A DNA stretch of 64,000 bases, taken from assembly GCF_009914755.1 (NCBI RefSeq), contig NC_060939.1; one strand, given 5' to 3'. The stretch comes from the human T2T-CHM13v2.0 reference genome, Homo sapiens. Positions 55,876 to 64,000 of this stretch are shown here, in pieces. The notes beneath the pieces were generated by a model. The model saw nothing but the letters and a program-made list of their open reading frames with translations. It ran no database searches and had not been told where the DNA came from. The translations under genes were made by a program, and so were the position numbers. Numbering within the stretch: position 1 is the stretch's first letter; each line of letters opens with the position of its first letter.

Positions 55876-57519
55876 CAGCAGTGCAGCTCCAAGGTCTCTA
55901 GCTGTCCTCTGGCTGCATGGCCCACTTCAGCATGAGGGCTGAGTCTCCAAGGGCAGTCCCAAGAGAACCAGCAGACACTGTCTCACCATTTGTGACCCAG
56001 CCTCAGAAGCCACATAGCATCACTTACCTGGAGTGGCACGCAAGCCTGCCTAGAGTCAAGAGGAAGAAAGGAAACCCCAACTCTCAGCAGAATTGCCAGA
56101 ATCTCCATGTCAGAAGAGCACGTTTGGAGGCAGATCCTGCTGCCATCCACTTCGCAGAATGCAGAGCGTGCCCGAGGAGAAGTGGGGTCTGGGTGAGCAG
56201 CACCAATGTCCACTCCAGTAGGGGAGACACTGCATGTCCAGGACACAACCTCTGATCGAGGCTGTCAGGGGGCCCAAAGAAGGGCTGTGGGGGCCGGGCA
56301 TGGGAGCCACAGATGCGGGTTCAGCTCCAGGCTCTGCTGCTCCCTTGCCTACATGGATGGAGAGCCCTCTGGGAGAAGATGTGCCCCCGCCAGCCTCTGA
56401 AAGGAAGATGAGGTTTAGATGAGGAGGGGAGGTTGGAAGGAGCTCTTGGCTGGGGACCCTGCCCCACAGGGGCACCTCTAGGGGTGGGAGATGAAAGCAG
56501 TGTGCTTGGGGCACCTCAGATGCCGTGGAGATGAGGCTGGGCTGAGACTCAGTCAGAGGGTTCCCAAGTGGTCCCAGTGACAAAGGCCCAGAGAAACAGT
56601 TCCATTCAGGAAACATGTGATGGCTCAATGTGGAGAAGACACTCAGGAAGTCCACAGAGCCTGAATGTCCCCGCTCTGGTGCAGGGTCTCGTGCTCAGGT
56701 CCGACCTGGCTGTCAGCGGCACTGGGACCCAGGGCTGCCCCGCCATCCCACCGCCAGGAGCGGAGGAGCTGTCTCCAGCAGCAGCTGCTGCACAGAGCCC
56801 CAGGTGGAGCCTGGGGAGGCAGGCTCAGTGTTCTCAGCTTATCACCAGACACTCAGTTCTGCGGCTCATTAGTCTAGACTTGTTTCTGTCAGAGAAGGTC
56901 CTCTTTCCCCTGGGATGTGTAGGCTGTTCTGGCTCAGCCAACAGCAGTATATGGGTCTTATCGGAATATGAAATACTAAAATGTGGGAAAAAAAAAAACA
57001 AACTTTTAAGTGTTTGCCTTGGAGGGATGGGCAATGGGACTCGTGAACTGTTTTCTTCTTTCGTAAGCAGCCTCGCTATCCCTTGCAGCCACAGAACTGA
57101 CGCACAGGGCCAGGTCCCTTGGGGCCCAGCAGGAAAAATGGATGCCAGGAAGGGCATGCTAGTCCAGGCCTGGGGAACACAAGCTGCTTCCCATTTGCTC
57201 TCTCTCTACGGCTCGATTGCCAGTTCCAACTGTCAGTCTATCTTGATCCCCAAAATGTTTGAGTATAGATACGTCTGCTGATTCCCCTCATTCTTTTAGT
57301 GTCTTTTCTGCTGTGAAGCAGTTTTGGGGCAAGATCTTTTGCTCTGGTCCGGATAACTCTGGGCAATATACTCCAAGTCAAAGGCTACAGTGAAACTGGG
57401 TGACTGGCAAATAATCGATGAATCATGACTCCAGAATTCTTGTCTCTAGATGGGGGAGTAAAATCACAAACGAGATATGCTGTCGGCTGGGGATGCTTTA
57501 GAGGCCCCACCATACATGT

Positions 57520-57950
57520 TCCCATCTTTAATAATGAAACCCTTGATTTTTAGCTCAGCGTGTGGCTACCTGGACCAATTCTGTCTGATGGGGTGTGCAG
57601 TAGTGTCATGAACTACTTCTATCCCAGGAAGTAACTTGTAAATGAGTGGATGAGCCAATTCTCCTTCTTTCTCTTCCTGCTGGCTGAAGTGTGGACATGA
57701 TGGCAGGAGCTGCAGCAGTCACATTGGACCATGGGTCATCGTGGGAATGGAAGTCACACAAGGGTATTTAAAGCCACACAAGGATAATGAGCACTGGATA
57801 GATGGAGCCCGAGTCCCCATCACAGTGTAGCCCCTGTAACAGATCTAGACTTCCTGCCTCCCACATTGAGTAAACTGCTCTCTTGCTTAAGCCACTATTA
57901 TGTTAGGATTTTTTCAACCCATAGTCAGAGATAGTCCTAACTGATTCACC
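57520..57950 (+). mobile_element. Old MaLR LTR (MLT1J/K-like)
   Basis: ttcctgctggctgaagtgtggacatgatggcaggagctgcagcagtcacattggaccatg...taaactgctctcttgcttaagccactatta...cctaactga. Confidence 0.65.
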
Positions 57951-58447
57951 ACCCTCAGAGAGTTTACAGCCAATTATGTTTCTCATGAAAAAGGTTAGCC
58001 AGTGGTTGTAAGTGATCCCGGACTGGAGCGCCAGCTGCACTAAGGCAGTTCGTCTGTGGGATGGCTCTGTCCTTGTCAGGGAGAGGACCCCTCCTACACA
58101 CTGGCATGTTACCACAAGTACAGTGGTAACTAAGCAGGTCGGCATAGGTGCCCACAGAGCAGACTGAACACCCCGTTTGCTTCCCTCTCCTCTCCGAACT
58201 CCCTGGACATGGCCAAGTAGCATAAGCCAAGCAGAGGTGAGAAGGAGAGTGGGGCACAGGCAAGTTACCAGTGGGCCCGCGGCTATCATGGACTTCCAGA
58301 AAATAAAAAACAGGCATGATGGTGTTGGTTTATAAACCAAAGCAGAGGGCACTGGAGCCCCGTAAGTGTGCAGGAGTGAATGTATGTGGCAGGGAGAAGG
58401 GTAGAAGGGAGGAGGTTGGGTAGAAGGCTACCTCTACCAGCTGGAAA

Positions 58448-58971
58448 TGAGTGGTGAAGTCAGCTGGACTTCTGGGTGGGGCGGGGACTTGGAGAACTTT
58501 TCTGTCTTACAAAGGGATTGTAAAATGCACAAATCAGCACTCTGTAGATAGGATTGTAAAACGCACCAATCAGCTCTCTGTGGCTAGCTAGAGGTTTCTA
58601 AAATGGACCAATCAGTGCTTTGTAAAGTGGACCAATCAGCACACTGTAAAATGGACCAATTAGTGCTCTGTAAAATGGACCAATCAGACCAATCAGCACT
58701 CTGTAAAATGGACCAATCAGCAGGACATGGGTGGGGACAAATAAGGGAATAAAAGCTGGCCACCCTCCAGTCAGCAGCAGGCAACCCACTGGGTCCCCAT
58801 CCCTGTTGTGGTGTATTTGTTATTTTGCTCTTGGCAATAAATCTTGCTGCTGCTCACTCTTTGGGTCCGTGCCACCTTTAAGAGCTGTAACACTCACTGT
58901 GAAGGTCCAGGACTTCATTCTTGCGGTCAGCGAGACCACGAACCCACTGGAAAGAACCAACTCCCGACACG
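58448..58971 (+). mobile_element. ERV9 solo LTR (LTR12 family, LTR12F-like)
   Basis: TGAGTGGTGAAGTCAGCTGGACTTC start; tandem TGTAAAATGGACCAATCAGC units with 7 CCAAT boxes; AATAAAAG at 58748; AATAAA at 58836; end ...AACTCCCGACAC; GAAA flanks both ends (4-bp TSD). Confidence 0.93.
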
Positions 58972-59148
58972 GAAAGGCTGCAAGGTTAGGGTCCACAGTT
59001 TGGGAAGAGTGGAGCCTAGGGTCTTCACTCAGGGGTATGGATGGAGAGAACAGTGGGGGGAGCTCTTTGCTCTAATCCCAGGCTCCACCCTGCCTCAAAG
59101 AGGCTACGAGTACTGTTTTGTAGTAGGATAAAACCAATGATATGCTTA

Positions 59149-59683
<535 letters not shown>

Positions 59684-60323
59684 TCTTGCTAGGAAATAGA
59701 AGTGAACTTAGGAGGAGGGTTAGTATATGCTGGAGTAAAGCCTTCGGTAGTTTGGTCTTTTTGTAAAGATGAGGAAGCTGGGTACCCTCTGGTGAGGGCT
59801 GCCAGGTGTGACTCACCCGACTAAGCAGAAGTCAAGCCAGCCTTCCCAGGAAGGGGAGAGGCCTGCTGAGTAAACAGACCCCGGAACCACAAAGGGGACC
59901 CTTGGCAGCTATCTGTATGCATAAGTCTTATCTTTCATCTGTGTACATGATAGGCAAACAAGGAAAACAGTCACAAGACAGAAGGACCAAGAGGAACAAA
60001 AGTAACAGTTGTCCCTGGAAGAAATAGATACTAAAGGCAATGAATAGAATAAGAGTCATAATTAACATCTCAAGAGATGTTTGAGGAGATGTTGCATCCA
60101 CAAAACAAGAACAGGAAACTAGAGAAAGGACAAATCAGGGAATCAAAAAAGTTTAGAGACATTAAAAATGTGATGATAAAAATTAAAAACAAATCAGGAG
60201 GAGGATAGGAAAGTAAAGTTAAACTTCCCAGACTGTAGGGCAAGAAGACAAAAAGCTGAAGAGTCTGACAGGGCAGGTGAGAGATGCATAGCATCAATCC
60301 AGGGTGTCAAAATGTGTCTGATA

Positions 60324-60615
60324 GGCCCGGCACAGTGGCTTACACCTATAATAGCACTTTGGGAGGCCAAGGCAGGCGGATCACCTGAGGTCAGGAGTTT
60401 GAGACCAGCCGGGCCAACATGGCGAAACCCCATCTCTACTAAAAATACAAAAATTAACCAGGTGAGGCAGCAGGCACCTGTAATCCCAGCTACTTGGGAG
60501 GCTGAGGCAGGAGAATCGCGTGAACCCGGGAGGCAGAAACTGCCTTTCTGTTGTTTATAACCAACCCTGGCAAGATTACACCACTGTGCTTCAGCCTAGG
60601 TGACAGAGTGAGACG
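60324..60615 (+). mobile_element. Alu (AluS-like) lacking a poly(A) tail, with a 27-bp foreign insert
   Basis: Ends at GTGAGAC; TSD AAAATGTGTCTG(A/C)TA at 60309-60323 and 60617-60631. Confidence 0.95.
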
Positions 60616-60699
60616 TAAAATGTGTCTGCTAGGAGTTCAGAAGGAATGAACAGAAAAAAAGAAAGAATGGAGGGAAGTGCAGTGTAACCAATAACCAAT

Positions 60700-61212
60700 A
60701 ACCAGTTGGTAACCAATAACCACACACTTAATGGCTTGCAACAATATAAATTTATTCTCTTACAGCTATAATGGTCAGAAGTCCTAAAATCAAGGTGTCA
60801 GCAGGACTGCATTCCTTCTGGAGGCTCTAAGGGACAATCTGTTTCCTTGTCTTTCCCAGCTTCTAGAGGCTGCCTGCATTCTTTGGTTTGTAGACCTATA
60901 TATTTTCAAGGCCGTCAGTGTATCCTCTTTAGATCTCTCCCTCTGACTCTGACTCCTGCCTCCCTCATTGCACCACCATCTCCTCTGCTTCTGCTGTCAC
61001 ATCATCTTCTCTGACTTTGGCCCTCTCGCCTCCCTCTTATGAGGACTCTTGTGATTACATTGGGCTCCCTGGGATAATACAGAAAAATCTCCCCATTTCA
61101 AGATTTTAAATGACATCTGCAAAGTCCCTTTTTCCATGTGAGATAACATATTCGTAGGTTCCAGGGATTAGGATGTGACATCTTTGGTGCACCATTATTT
61201 TGTCTACTACAT
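60700..61212 (-). mobile_element. MaLR LTR (MLT1D/E-like)
   Basis: cacacacttaatggcttgcaacaa...tcagaagtcctaaaatcaaggtgtcagcagg...acatctgcaaagtccctttttccatgtgagataacatattc...gtctactaca. Confidence 0.82.
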
Positions 61213-61321
61213 GGGGAAATAAAGAAATGTTGGGGGAATAATTTCCCAGAGCTAAACAAGGAGGAACAGTTTTTAAATTAAAACTTTCTCAAGTTATTTG
61301 ATAGGATGATTGAGAAAAGAT

Positions 61322-61455
61322 AGCTGGGTGTGGTAGCTCACACCTGTAATCCCATTATTTTGAGAGGCTGAGATAGGAGGATCGCTTGAACCAAGGAGTT
61401 CAAGACCAGCCTGGGCAACACAGGGAGACCTCTTCTCTATAAAAAAGAAGTAAAA
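61322..61455 (+). mobile_element. Alu monomer (FLAM/AluJ-like)
   Basis: Single monomer ggaggatcgcttgaaccaaggagttcaagaccagcctgggcaacacagggagacc followed by an A tail. Confidence 0.85.
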
Positions 61456-61839
61456 AGAAGAGAAAGGATCAATACCTGGGCATTTTGCCATGAACTACGA
61501 GAAAGATAAGGGGAGGGGGTGGCACAGGTCATGGGCAGAGAAACAAGCTCAGCAGCAGGATGTGCTAAGGAGAAATAGAAGGCTTCCTTCAAGGCTGGAG
61601 GGAAAACTGTCTTGTCTCAAAAATGATACAGTAAGCTGAACTATTAATCATGAAAGCAAAAATAATGTTTTATGTATAAGAAAAGATTTTAAAAGTTAAC
61701 CACCCATGAACTCATTCTGGGGAAATACATACACTTGAGAAATACTCTGGTCACGAGAAAGTAAAAATCAAGAAAAAGAAAAATAAAGACTTCCCCAAAC
61801 TACAGAACTAAATCAATATTGCAGTGAAAAGCAAATCCA

Positions 61840-62345
61840 TACCAGGAACTCAAAGATGATTCAATAATAAGAAATATACTATAAAATGAACCACATTAAT
61901 AAGTTGAAGGAGAAAAAATTATTTGACTCTTTCTACAGAGACCAATAAAGCCTTTGGAAACATTTTGCACCCATTTGTACTTACAGTCTTGAAAAAATGA
62001 ATGGATATATCCTTATCATGATAAACCATGTATATACCTCATACTAAAATCACTGATTTATTTAATGAGGAAACACTAGAGACATTCCTACTAAGGTTAG
62101 GAACAAGGCAAACATTTTCTTAGCTCTATTATTACTTAATATATTAACCAATGCAATCATGTAAGAGGAAAGAACTGGAGGCATAAAACCTGAAAAAGAA
62201 GAACTATCTCTGTTTGCAGATGACAAAATGGTACATCTGGAAAACCCTAGAGAGCAAAATTGTAAAATAGTTGGTAAAACCACCACAAAAAATAAAAGAA
62301 TTCTGCAAGACAGCAGGTTATAAAATTAATAGAGCAATTAATAGA
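61840..62345 (+). mobile_element. L1M ORF2 (reverse transcriptase region) remnant
   Basis: aaagcctttggaaacatt; ggaaacactagagacattcctactaaggttaggaacaaggcaa; tctctgtttgcagatgacaaaatggtacatctggaaaaccct (SLFADD motif). Confidence 0.85.
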
Positions 62346-62799
62346 TTTCATATGTTGCATATAATATATAAATTGCACATATGAAGTTAAAAGATGAATT
62401 GTTTCTCACCAGGTAGTCACAGAGAAGACCGAGGAGACTCTTGAGAAAGCTTCCTGTTCCTGGTGGTATAGGTCACTTCTCCCCTATCCCTCCCTTGTCC
62501 CTCACCATCCATGGGAAAAAACTTAAAATGTGGGGATGGAGGAGTGCCAACAGTGTCATCCTTATGAGAAAGGGAAGTTAAAATTCTCGCAAAATAGCCC
62601 CCATTCTAAACACAAGGTAACACTAGAATTTGAAGTCTGTTATATAATGAGAATAACCATTGCAATGTTAAATCTCAAATCAAACTCAACTCCTGACTAG
62701 ATTAATAGAACCCCCACATTAAAGACCTAGAAGGAAAGTTGTGCTCATTTCCAAGTATGAAAATTATTTACCTCTGTCACTACTGTTAAATGTTTGTTT

Positions 62800-64000
<1,201 letters not shown>

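Noticed and set aside
58510-58725. Regular ~24-bp repeats superficially like a CRISPR array
   Set aside because: No unique spacers; these are the CCAAT-box tandem units of an LTR12 in a primate genome.

Overview
Primate, almost certainly human, genomic DNA (Alu, L1, L2, MIR, MaLR, ERV1 and Tigger repeats). I read it as the 3' half of the KLF13 locus (15q13.3 from recall, not verified). Positions 1-26136 are the distal part of a long intron. The terminal coding exon starts at 26137 and encodes C2H2 zinc fingers 2-3 and a Ser/Pro tail (stop at 26426). A ~5.6 kb 3' UTR with no recognisable Alu or L1 ends near AATAAA at 32001. The downstream ~32 kb is repeat-rich and holds a CpG island (~45.6-47.5 kb), a smaller CpG/homeobox-motif element (~51.3-52.3 kb), a Tigger1 fossil, and solo LTR8 and LTR12 elements. 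No other protein-coding gene, tRNA, rRNA or CRISPR array is supported. I found no wholly new gene system. The most interesting observations are: (1) a 224-bp locally templated duplication of a KLF/SP-site cluster, inserted into a G-rich repeat with a 16-bp flanking duplication and fold-back junction scars; (2) a separate 27-bp templated insertion inside a tail-less Alu; (3) a KLF13 acceptor that doubles as a consensus donor (candidate recursive splice site); (4) a compact intronic GRE/E'-box/D-box/GATA motif cluster. Repeat subfamily calls come from recalled consensus sequences and need RepeatMasker/Dfam confirmation.
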